Shown: positions 19,663 to 27,921 of the stretch, one piece after another
How the letters are laid out: each line of letters opens with the position of its first letter
Position numbering within the stretch: position 1 is the first letter of the stretch
Source of the DNA: Dehalococcoidia bacterium
GTDB taxonomy: Bacteria > Chloroflexota > Dehalococcoidia > UBA2979
DNA: 64,000 nt
Reading direction: 5' to 3'
Assembly: GCA_965262725.1 (NCBI GenBank)
Contig: OZ253555.1
Location: 3,168,001-3,232,000, forward strand
Position numbers and translations under genes: made by a program
Notes under the pieces: generated by a model
The model's database searches: none
What the model saw: the letters and a program-made list of their open reading frames with translations, nothing else
Told to the model about the DNA's origin: nothing

Positions 19663-19799
19663 CGTGCTCACTCCCGATCCGCCCCCTCCACCAGTTGTCG
19701 CCGCTCCGCGCGCTCGGAATTGACGCCGGCCGGGCGACCGCGCCACCGCCGGCTGCCGGGGAGACGACTGCGTTCCGATCGGCTCCGCGATCGGAGCAG

Positions 19800-19857
19800 T
19801 GGCGGAGGGGGTGGGATTCGAACCCACGGTGCGTCGAAACACACGACGGATTTCAAG
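19800..19857 (-). repeat. att direct repeat: displaced 3' half of tRNA-Ser(TGA)
   Basis: Matches 26004-26061 except 19833 G vs 26037 A; ends at the anticodon loop. Confidence 0.93.
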
Positions 19858-19973
19858 TTCGCAGGCAGTCGTCCCAGCATGTGCCCCCACGTCGCCTTGG
19901 CGCCCTCTCTGAACTGACATTGGTTCACCCGCATGACGCCGAATCCCAGCTCATCCCCCCTCTTGCGTCACGT

Positions 19974-19992
19974 ATGCCTACGGGATGCCTAC
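19974..19992 (+). repeat. Putative integrase arm-type sites (ATGCCTAC x2, 11-bp period), left end
   Basis: atgcctac-ggg-atgcctac; the same pair occurs at 25914-25932. Confidence 0.75.
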
Positions 19993-21023
19993 GCGGTTCG
20001 CGGTCTGAGCGAGAGTCGTTCACCTCCCGCATCGTCCACTACACACGCTCCGGCGGGCTGGTTGGCCGCATCGATGATAAGCCGATCCTGACCGCGCTCG
20101 GCGTCGTGCAGGTCAGGTTCTCCGATCGTGAGCAAGTCCGCTGGTGGATCCGTGCGATCTACTACATGTTCGTCGGGTGATAAGCCGTGTCGCTGTGGTT
20201 GCTAGTGGCGTGGGTGGCCAGCATCACAAGCCCTTCTGCTGCAACTGGCGTTCTGGATGCACGGGGCGACCGGTAAGGTGCAGACACTTCGCCGCTAGGA
20301 GGTAGAGGCTGAGGCAACTGATCGTAGACGGCGGGGCGCGCCCGATCTGCGCGACCAGCGCGAATATCGCGATCGGGATCACCTGCAACGTCGGTGCCGG
20401 GATCTCCGTCTCGACCTTCTGGCTGGCAGAGTCTGCTCCGGGGAGCGACTCGAAGAGGCGGCGGCGCACTTCTGGGCAAGCTCGCTTCTGGTTGGGGACG
20501 ACTACGGGCGGGCCCGCGTGCCAGTGCTCCCCGTGGTGCGGGAGAGCGGGAGGCAAAGCGGCAGATACTCCTCTTGCACGCTGCCGCTCGTGCCGCTGAT
20601 GCCCGTCGCCGGCGCCGTCGCCGAACTGCGCTGGATCTGCTTCGCGGCGGCGGGCGCCACCGGCTTCCTCTGGTACGCGCCGCGCTGGGGCGGCGGCCGG
20701 GCATCGAGGGCGCGCGCTGTTCCGCTTCTCCGTGATCTACCTGGCGCTTGCTCTTCGCCGCACGGCGGACCAGCTGCTGCTCGGCTAGACACAGCATGCG
20801 TGCGGAGACCCTGATGGCGGCGCTCGCTGGACATTCGGCCGGTCGCGTCCGGATCCTCCACGAACAGGACACACGTGCGGTATGGTCACCGGGCAGGAAG
20901 GCGCCGCGGGAATGTGGCGAATGCATGCGGGCGGCCAGGGCCGGCGGCCGCATCCGCCAGCTGACACTGGGCGTGCGCAGACACTGTGCTCGCCAACATC
21001 CATGACCCGGAGACGCGGATCTC

Positions 21024-22838
21024 GTGAACAGCCACGGCGCGCAACCAGCCATCGGGGACTACGGGCTGATCAGCGACCTGCACTCCGGTGCGCTCGTCTC
21101 GAGTGCGGGGTCCATCGACTGGTGTTGCTTCCCCAGGTTCGATAGCGCGGCGGTCTTCAGCCGCATTCTCGATTGGCAGCGCGGCGGGTATTTTCAACTC
21201 GCCCCGCAGGGCGTCCACACGACCGAGCGCCGTTATCTCCCCAACACGAAGATCATCGAAACCACTTTCCATGCGGACGGGGGGTCGGCACAGTTGACCG
21301 ACTGGATGCCGGTGCGCAGCGACAACCCGGAGGACCCGCGAGCCGTGGAGGCCAGCCAGCAGATCGTGCGGACACTCGAATGCACGAGCGGCGAGGTGCG
21401 GTTCAGCATGCGTTGCCGCCCCCGATTCGACTACGGAACGATCATCCCCCATGTGACGCTGAACGGGGAGCACGACGGCGTGGCTCATGGGGGTGCCGAT
21501 GCGCTGGCCGTCTACTGCAGCGCACCGATGCGCGACGTCGCCGATGACGGGTTCCTCGCGGATGGACGGCTCCGCAGCGGCGAGCGTGTGAGCGCCGTCG
21601 TCACGTACCAATCGCGCTCGTCGGCAGTCGCCGACGGCGATCTCGACAGACTGCTGGCGGAGACCCGCACGTTCTGGGAGGGGTGGGCCGCCGGATGCCG
21701 GTACGACGGTGCCTACCACGACGAGGTGATGCGATCCGCGCTCACGCTGAAGGCACTGACCTACGCGCCCTCCGGCGGGCTCGTTGCGGCCGTCACGACC
21801 TCCCTGCCGGAGGCGGTAGGGGGCCCGCGCAACTGGGACTACCGCTTCACCTGGATTCGTGACGCATCGTTCGCGCTCTACGCGCTCTCCATCCTCGGGT
21901 ACCGGGAGGAGGCCCGGCACTTCAAGAACTGGCTTGAGTGGAGCACCTCCGGGCGCGCGCGCGACCTCCAGATCATGTACGGCCTCGGCGGCGAGCGTCG
22001 GCTGACGGAAATCGAACTGCCGGAACTCGACGGCTACCGGGGCTCGAAACCGGTCCGTATCGGCAACGGCGCATACTCGCAGTTCCAGCTGGACATCTAC
22101 GGGGAAGTGATGGACTCGGCGCATCTCTACCGCATATTCGGCGGCGAGATGGACCCCGAGTACTGGGACTTCCTGCGGCACGTCGCCGCCTTCGTGATCG
22201 ACCACTGGCGAGAACCGGACGAAGGCCTGTGGGAGACGCGCGGTGGCCGCCAACACTTCGTCTTCTCCAAGGTGATGTGCTGGGTGGCACTGGACCGTGC
22301 GATCAAGGCCGCGCGCGCGCTCGACATGCCGGGCGACGTCGATCTGTGGGCGCGCGTGCGCGCCGAAATTCGCGACGAGGTGCTGACCCGCGGCTACGAC
22401 GGCGATCGTGGCGCGTTCGTGCAGGCGTACGGCAGCAAGAACCTAGATGCTAGCAACCTGCTGCTACCGCTCTTCGGGTTCATCGAGGCGACCGAACCGC
22501 GGATGGAGTCGACGATCCGGGCGATCAGCCGTGAACTGACGTCGCCAGAGGGCCTGGTGTACCGCTACCGCGGATACGAGGACGGGCTAGCCGGCGGTGA
22601 GGGGACGTTCACTGTCTGCACGTTCTGGCTGGCGGACAACCTGATCCTCCTCGGCGAGGTCGACCGGGCGCGAGAGATCTTCCAGACGTTGCTCAGTCAC
22701 GGGAACGACCTGGGGTTGTTCAGCGAGGAGATCGAGCCGGGAAGCGGCGAGATGCTCGGCAATTTCCCGCAGGCGTTCAGCCACATGGGACTGATCAATA
22801 CCGCCCGCAACCTCGACCGCGCGGAGTCCCCCGAGTGA
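21024..22838 (+). CDS. Glycoside hydrolase family 15 (glucoamylase/trehalase-like)
   Basis: GSIDWCC.PRFDS, TTSLPE..GG.RNWDYR.TWIRD, QLDIYGE, GLWE.R, LGLFSEE, GNFPQAFSH. Confidence 0.95.
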   Translation: MNSHGAQPAIGDYGLISDLHSGALVSSAGSIDWCCFPRFDSAAVFSRILDWQRGGYFQLAPQGVHTTERRYLPNTKIIETTFHADGGSAQLTDWMPVRSDNPEDPRAVEASQQIVRTLECTSGEVRFSMRCRPRFDYGTIIPHVTLNGEHDGVAHGGADALAVYCSAPMRDVADDGFLADGRLRSGERVSAVVTYQSRSSAVADGDLDRLLAETRTFWEGWAAGCRYDGAYHDEVMRSALTLKALTYAPSGGLVAAVTTSLPEAVGGPRNWDYRFTWIRDASFALYALSILGYREEARHFKNWLEWSTSGRARDLQIMYGLGGERRLTEIELPELDGYRGSKPVRIGNGAYSQFQLDIYGEVMDSAHLYRIFGGEMDPEYWDFLRHVAAFVIDHWREPDEGLWETRGGRQHFVFSKVMCWVALDRAIKAARALDMPGDVDLWARVRAEIRDEVLTRGYDGDRGAFVQAYGSKNLDASNLLLPLFGFIEATEPRMESTIRAISRELTSPEGLVYRYRGYEDGLAGGEGTFTVCTFWLADNLILLGEVDRAREIFQTLLSHGNDLGLFSEEIEPGSGEMLGNFPQAFSHMGLINTARNLDRAESPE

Positions 22839-22953
22839 TGACTGCATCAACCCTTGCCTGAGGATTCAGCAGATGACCCGGCCAATCGGGAAGGCCACAC
22901 GGGAGTCTCACGCATCGAGTTTGCCCGTCCGTTGGGCTGCATTCGTCGGGCGA

Positions 22954-23214
22954 ATGGCCCCAGAATGGCTCGCGCGGCACCGGCCGCAGGGCCCGCGGTC
23001 CCGATCGCAGGTTTGAATGGTGGCGACCCCGATCGGATTCGAACCGACGATCTCCACCGTGACAGGGTACTCAGGCCGATCCCGGCCCGTCGCTTCTGGT
23101 CCCTTCGCGAGCCATTTCGTACCTAACGATAAGGGCTTATGACAAGTCATGTCACCGCTCGTGCCCCCCCGTCCCAGGCCGTACCACCGAACACGGCCCC
23201 AAGATGGCCCCAAG
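22954..23214. other. attP-like junction: 3' half of tRNA-Asp(GTC) (23021-23068, minus strand) flanked on both sides by (A)TGGCCCCA-type tandem repeats
   Basis: Reverse complement ACCCTGTCACGGTGGAGATCGTCGGTTCGAATCCGATCGGGGTCGCCA; repeats at 22954-22971 and 23193-23214 with 11-bp period. Confidence 0.75.
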
Positions 23215-23368
23215 ATGACGGACGCGGGCGGCGGTGAGATCGTGATGATCACCCGCTCTGTCCCAGTGCGCGATGCCGAGGGCGTTTTGGTCATCATCAC
23301 CACCGACCTGCCCGTGGATGCCCCCACCCGGTAACGCCTAGCGCGCGGGCCTGCCGGCTCGCGGCATC

Positions 23369-23475
23369 ATGCTCGGACACTCCGACGTGCGGATCACCCT
23401 GAACACTTACACGCACGCCTTCGATGAGAACCGTCGTCGCGACGCGGAACGGATGGACGCTGCCCTCGGCGCCGA
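23369..23475 (+). pseudogene. Tyrosine integrase C-terminal fragment
   Basis: MLGHSDVRITLNTYTH..DE.RR.AAE-like segment with catalytic H and Y; no N-terminus. Confidence 0.85.
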
Positions 23476-23537
23476 ACGCCAATGTGACCGCGGGCGACAG
23501 GTCCAAGCCGCCACAGTCGATTCCAGGTCCAAGAAAC

Positions 23538-23576
23538 GGTGGGGAGACGGGATTTGAACCGGCGACCTCCTGACCC
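23538..23576 (-). other. Degenerate tRNA-Pro-like 3' fragment (att remnant)
   Basis: Reverse complement GGGTCAGGAGGTCGCCGGTTCAAATCCCGTCTCCCCACC: T-arm GGTTCAAATCC plus Pro-like acceptor; anticodon not retained. Confidence 0.6.
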
Positions 23577-23669
23577 GCTGGCCGAATCCACCGACGGCTT
23601 GGGCCGAGATGCTCGTCCCATCTCGGGCGCTGGTCCTCATGTGAGGTCCGTGATGAAAGCGACTGCATC

Positions 23670-23800
23670 TGCCGCCCCGAGGATGTGATTGGCCGCGCAC
23701 TGTCCCTGCGCGGCGACGACTACGACCAAGCGTCCCTCGTCGTCGAGCACGCGCAGCCACGAGGCGATGTAGGCCGAGGACTGCTCGCCCGCGCTGCTCA
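23670..23800 (-). pseudogene. ArdC-like (DUF1738) antirestriction protein, C-terminal fragment
   Basis: EQSSAYIASWLRVLDDEGRLVVVVAAQGQCAANHIL resembles the ArdC C-terminal AYI.SWL..L..D...I..AA..A..A..IL pattern. Confidence 0.7.
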
Positions 23801-23879
23801 ATCCGACCGGGAAGCGCGCCCTCGCCCTGCTCGGCGACTGACCCCGGATCGCCCCCGCCAACCTCAACGCCTGCTTCCC

Positions 23880-24034
23880 GCCGATCCTCAGGGGAATCGC
23901 GGCGCTGCAGGGTTCGGCGGTGCACTACCGGATCAGGATCGGCGACTACCGGCTCGGGATAGAGATCGGGGACGGCGCCGGCCATCCTTGCCAGATTCGG
24001 GCATCGCCGCGACTTCTACCGAAGCTTCCGCTGA
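23880..24034 (+). pseudogene. RelE/ParE-family toxin C-terminal fragment, frameshifted
   Basis: LQGSAVHYRIRIGDYRLGIEIGDG, then a shifted frame ILARFGHRRDFYRSFR-stop; frameshift near 23980. Confidence 0.75.
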
Positions 24035-24113
24035 TGCTCGCCTCGAGGTGATCGCGGCTCTCTGCGGCCGCGGCGTAGTATGAAGACAGGATGCTCGCCG
24101 GGGAGGATCACTC

Positions 24114-24371
24114 ATGATCGCAAGCGTGAAGGCCAGATATGCCAACGGCGTCCTCACGCCACTGGAACCGCTCGAGTTGGAAGAGGGCGAGGAGGTCACG
24201 GTGTCGATCGAAGGCGCGCCGGCGGAGCGTGGAGGTCTGGGCGCCATCGTGGAGGCGGTCAAGGAACTCCACAGGTCCATCCCTCCGGACGCGTGGGACG
24301 TTCTGCCGACCGACCTCGCGAAGAACAAAAAGCACTACCTCTACGGCCATCCCAAGGAGGAGGATGATTGA
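24114..24371 (+). CDS. Antitoxin, DUF104/AF2212-like
   Basis: VKARYANGVLTPLEPLELEEGEEVTV motif and ...P.DLA.N..HYLYG tail; GGAGG RBS. Confidence 0.85.
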   Translation: MIASVKARYANGVLTPLEPLELEEGEEVTVSIEGAPAERGGLGAIVEAVKELHRSIPPDAWDVLPTDLAKNKKHYLYGHPKEEDD

Positions 24372-24782
24372 GGTTGGTCTTCGCAGATGCGGGCTACTGG
24401 ATCGCGCTCTGGCATCCCAGGGACACGCTGCACCAAAGGGCGATGGCTGTAACGAAAAACCCTGGGAGCGGCTGCGGTCGTGACAACGCAGCTCGTCCTG
24501 GTCGAGGCGCTCGACGCCATGGCGGGCATGGGCGAATTCCGCCGGCGATTCGCAGCCCAGATGGTCCAGAGACTCGAAGATAGCCCGGACGTGGAGATCG
24601 TCCCGCAGACCGACGCCCAGTTCCGGGCTGCCGTCGAGCGCTACGTCGGCCGACCTGACCAGCGATGGAGCCTGACGGACTGCGCCAGCTTCCTGGTGAT
24701 GGAGGAGCGGAACATCACCGAGGCGCTGGCGCACGACCGGGACTTCGAGCAGGCTGGCTTCACCGCCCTGCTCAGGGGATGA
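24368..24782 (+). pseudogene. VapC/PIN-domain toxin, frameshifted
   Basis: VFADAGYWIAL..PRD.LH in one frame; TTQLVLVE...WSLTDCASFLVM...EALAHDRDFEQAGF in the next; removing one A from the A5 run at 24455-24459 joins them. Confidence 0.85.
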
Positions 24783-24815
24783 CCCGACCCGCGACCGGCC
24801 TTCCGGTATGAGCCC

Positions 24816-25440
24816 TTGAACATCCTCCACGCCTCCACCGACCCGGACCTGCTGACCCGACTGCGGGAGATGCTGGACAGCTCCGCCCGCGCCGACATCG
24901 CCGTCGGCTACTTCTTCATCTCCGGCTTCGGGCCCGTCAGCGAGGAACTGTCGACACTCGAGAAGGTGCGCATCCTCGTCGGGCGGGCCGACCGGCCCGT
25001 GCTGGAGGCGGTGGCCGCGGGGCTCCAGCAGCCGGACGCGCTGCGCGCGCGGCTCGCCACAGATGGGCTCGTGCAGCGGCGCGAACGCCCGGCGATCGCC
25101 CGGGATGCGGTGGAGCGCATCGCCGACGGCGTGGCCCTGCTGCCGCAGACCGCCGACTCCCAGCGCTCCGTCGCCTTGCTGCGCGACATGGTCGCCTCGG
25201 GGCGCGCCGAAGTGCGCGCCTACCGGCGCAGCCCGCTGCACGCGAAAGCCTACCTCTGCTGGTACGACGACCACACCGAGCCGGGCGCGGCAGTCGTCGG
25301 CTCCTCGAACCTCACGCTGGCCGGGTTCAGCGGGAACACCGAGCTCAACGTGCGCGTCACCGGCGACGCGGGGATGAGCGCCCTGCGCGAGTGGTTCGAC
25401 GCCCTGTGGGAGGACTCGGAGGATATCGGCGAGGAGCTTC
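24816..25440 (+). pseudogene. PLD (HKD)-type nuclease domain, N-terminus of a truncated PLD-helicase/restriction protein
   Basis: DIAVGYFFISG, LHAKAYL, VGSSNLT.AG...N.ELN, WFDALW; homology ends at the junction with the integrase fragment. Confidence 0.78.
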
Positions 25441-25488
25441 GGCTTACCCCGAATCCACCGATCGACGCTCGAGGGCTCGCCGGAGACG

Positions 25489-25752
25489 GTGAATAACCTC
25501 GCCAAACGGTGGGGTGCGCTGCGTGATCGGCTGGGGCTCACGGGCCTCAGGTTCCACGATCTGCGGCACACCAGCGCGACGTTGGCCCTTGAAGCCGGCG
25601 TACACCCAAAGGTTGTGCAGGAACGTCTCGGACACGCCAATATCGGAGTCACGCTCGACACGTATAGCCACGTGCTCCCCAACATGCAGCGCGAGGCGGC
25701 CGAGAAACTGGATGCGCTGGTGCCGCGTCCACGAGCGCGTGGCGCTTCGTAG
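25489..25752 (+). pseudogene. Tyrosine integrase C-terminal fragment (the island's own integrase)
   Basis: LRFHDLRHTSAT...GVHPKVVQERLGHANIGVTLDTYSHV; adjacent to the tRNA att site; N-terminus deleted. Confidence 0.9.
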
Positions 25753-25913
25753 GCACGCCGCATCCCCCTATCCGCACTCGGCAGGGAAAGCGCGCGGCTT
25801 CGGAATCTGCGGGTTGAAGCCCCGACGAGTGTGTCCGGGCGGCGGCCGCTGCCCCGGGACGTGCGCTCACGGTAGCCCGCCGCCGATCTGCGTCGGTGCC
25901 GCATTGGCCGCGA

Positions 25914-25932
25914 ATGCCTACGAAATGCCTAC
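25914..25932 (+). repeat. Putative integrase arm-type sites (ATGCCTAC x2), right end
   Basis: atgcctac-gaa-atgcctac about 70 bp from the att core. Confidence 0.75.
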
Positions 25933-26003
25933 AACTGATCAGTCTCGTGATCACCGGAAGGGTGACGACGAACGCCCCGCAGAGGCCGTCGTAGATTCAG
26001 AAT

Positions 26004-26093
26004 TGGCGGAGGGGGTGGGATTCGAACCCACGGTGCATCGAAACACACGACGGATTTCAAGGCCGCTCCCTTAAACCACTCGGGCACCCCTCC
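26004..26093 (-). tRNA. tRNA-Ser(TGA)
   Basis: GGAGGGGTGCCCGAGTGGTTTAAGGGAGCGGCCTTGAAATCCGTC-long variable arm-GTGGGTTCGAATCCCACCCCCTCCGCCA, 90 nt; TAGGAT -10-like hexamer just upstream. Confidence 0.95.
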
Positions 26094-26201
26094 GCGGGAG
26101 ATCCTATCGCGGTCCCGGGTCCCGGCGAGCCGGGACCCCCTCCGCGGCGCCGCCGACGCCCGGCGACGGCATAGACTGAAGGGGCAATGTCGGGGAGGGC
26201 G

Positions 26202-26618
26202 ATGACTCTGAGCGACGCCGACCGCCACGCGATCGTGGAGCTCACTGCCCGCTACAGCTGGGAGCTCGACGTGAAGCGCGACGCCGCCGCCGTGGCGGCG
26301 ACGTTCACCGACGACGGCCTCTTCGTTGGCGACACCGGCACGGCGTCGCGCGGTCGCGCGCAGCTGATGCGCCACTTCGAGCGAACCTGGGAGCGATGGG
26401 CGCAGCGCGCCCCGCTGCGCCACTGGACATCGAACCACGTCATCGAGGGCGACGGCGATGAGGCGACCCACACGTGCTACATCCTCCTCATAGCGCTGGA
26501 GGGTGAGGGACCGCGGGTCGACAGGACCGGGATCTACCGCGATCGACTGAGGCGGGTCGAGGGGCGCTGGCTCTTCGCCGAGCGCCAGGTATCCATCGAC
26601 CAATACCCCCGCTTCTAG
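26202..26618 (+). CDS. SnoaL-like / NTF2-family protein
   Basis: DRHAIVEL.ARY, FTDDG, RHWTSN.VI.GDGD.A, G.YRD.L.R.EG.W.F..R; start may be 26187. Confidence 0.85.
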   Translation: MTLSDADRHAIVELTARYSWELDVKRDAAAVAATFTDDGLFVGDTGTASRGRAQLMRHFERTWERWAQRAPLRHWTSNHVIEGDGDEATHTCYILLIALEGEGPRVDRTGIYRDRLRRVEGRWLFAERQVSIDQYPRF

Positions 26619-26728
26619 GACTGCGGGCGGCGGGCGGCGGTGCGGTATGGTGCCCGCGGGCGGCGCGTGCGCGCCGCCGGGCAGGGCGTGGCCGCCCACG
26701 ACGCGCGGCCCGGGAGCGAGGTGACGAA

Positions 26729-27289
26729 GTGACCGGGAGAACGCCGGGCGCCCTCCAGAGGCTCTCCATCGACGGAGGCGACGTCGAACTTCGCTACATG
26801 GAGCCGGCGGACGCCGACACGCTGCTCGCGTTCGCGCGGTCGGTCCCCAAGCACGATCTCATGTTCCTCCCGACGGACATCACAACCGTCGAGGGCGTGA
26901 ACGGTTGGGTCGACGATGTCCTGCTCGGTCTAGCCTCGGTGATCCTCGCGACCCGCGAGGACGAGATCATCGGCTTCGGCGGGGTGGCCCGGCACGAAGC
27001 GACCTGGATGCGACACATCGCCGATCTCCACGTCGTCGTCGGCGCCGCGTGGCGCGGCCACGGCCTCGGCCACCGGCTTGCCTCCGAGGGGCTGTCGCTC
27101 GCCGGCGGCCTCGGCGTCCGTCGTGTCATGACGCAGATGACGCTCGATCAGATCGCCGCGATGCGGACCTTCCGCGCGCTCGCCTTCGTCCCGGTCGCCG
27201 TGCTGCACGACCAGGTCAGCGATACCAACGGCGAGACCTACGACCTGCTGCTGATGCACCGGGACATCGCCTCGGGGGAGGAGATCTAG
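26729..27289 (+). CDS. GNAT family N-acetyltransferase
   Basis: VV.AAWRGHGLG acetyl-CoA motif, F..L.F, DLLLM. Confidence 0.8.
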   Translation: MTGRTPGALQRLSIDGGDVELRYMEPADADTLLAFARSVPKHDLMFLPTDITTVEGVNGWVDDVLLGLASVILATREDEIIGFGGVARHEATWMRHIADLHVVVGAAWRGHGLGHRLASEGLSLAGGLGVRRVMTQMTLDQIAAMRTFRALAFVPVAVLHDQVSDTNGETYDLLLMHRDIASGEEI

Positions 27290-27422
27290 CGCGCCGTCCC
27301 CCCGCGGGCGCGCCCGCGCCCGCGCCCGCGCACACATCCTCGCGCGCTCCGGGCGGTCGGGCCCCGGACCCTGTACCGTCTCCGCGACGCCGTGATCACG
27401 CGGCGAGCGCCGGGGGCCCACC

Positions 27423-27749
27423 GTGATCTACGAACTCCGCGTCTACAGCGCGCTTCCGGGGCGCCGGGAGGCGATGCTCACCCGCTTCCGCGACCACACC
27501 ACGCGCCTCTTCGAGAAGCACGGGATGCGCAACATCGGCTACTGGACGAACTACGCGGGCGGGCGCTACGGGGAGCTCGTCTACCTGCTCGCGTTCGAGG
27601 ACGTCGCGCAGCGCGAACGCGCCTGGGCGGCTTTCAGCGCGGACCCCGAGTGGCGCGCCGCGTACGAGGACTCCGAGCGCGACGGGCCCATAGTGAGCCA
27701 CAGCGAGAACCGTCTGCTCGAGCCGACAGACTTCTCGCCGCTTCGCTGA
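27423..27749 (+). CDS. NIPSNAP family protein
   Basis: IYELRVY...PG, FEKHG...IGYW, LVYLL.F, W.AF..DPEW, L.PTDFSP. Confidence 0.9.
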   Translation: MIYELRVYSALPGRREAMLTRFRDHTTRLFEKHGMRNIGYWTNYAGGRYGELVYLLAFEDVAQRERAWAAFSADPEWRAAYEDSERDGPIVSHSENRLLEPTDFSPLR

Positions 27750-27781
27750 CGCAGCTCGACCCCAATCACCCGCCCGGTACC

Positions 27782-27810
27782 TTGAGGGGGGCATGGGCGC
27801 GTGCTACGAT
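27782..27810 (+). promoter_or_regulatory. Putative sigma70 promoter of the nusA operon
   Basis: TTGAGG-17 bp-TACGAT with extended -10 TG. Confidence 0.55.
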
Positions 27811-27836
27811 CGCTGTCGGCGTCGCCTCTCGAGGAT

Positions 27837-27865
27837 GACGTGGGCACGGGCCCACGTCTTTTTTT
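27837..27865 (+). terminator. nusA-leader intrinsic terminator/attenuator (rimP-leader-like)
   Basis: gacgtgggc-acgg-gcccacgtc followed by T7, between the promoter and nusA. Confidence 0.8.
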
Positions 27866-27921
27866 AGCCCGGCACGCGGCCACCATCTGTTCGCGGCCCG
27901 TTGAGCGACGCTGGGGAGATC

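Larger units (their letters stand above)
19800..26061. mobile_element. Decayed integrative element / genomic island (about 6.2 kb) inserted in tRNA-Ser(TGA)
   Basis: 58-bp direct repeat (19800-19857 vs 26004-26061, 1 mismatch) of the tRNA 3' half; tyrosine-integrase remnant next to the tRNA; TA, antirestriction and nuclease fragments inside. Confidence 0.9.

Noticed and set aside
19800-19857. Second tRNA-Ser gene
   Set aside because: Lacks the 5' acceptor strand and D-arm; it is the att duplication
23021-23068. Functional tRNA-Asp gene
   Set aside because: Only the anticodon loop to CCA is present; upstream sequence cannot form the D-arm or acceptor stem
24816-25496. Intact stand-alone PLD defence nuclease (DrmC/Zucchini-like)
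   Set aside because: Recognisable homology stops near 25440 and runs straight into an integrase fragment; the start is also doubtful (ATG 24808 is out of frame); better read as a truncation
27300-27335. GCGCCC hexamer repeats in the intergenic region
   Set aside because: Short low-complexity GC tract, not seen elsewhere as a dispersed repeat
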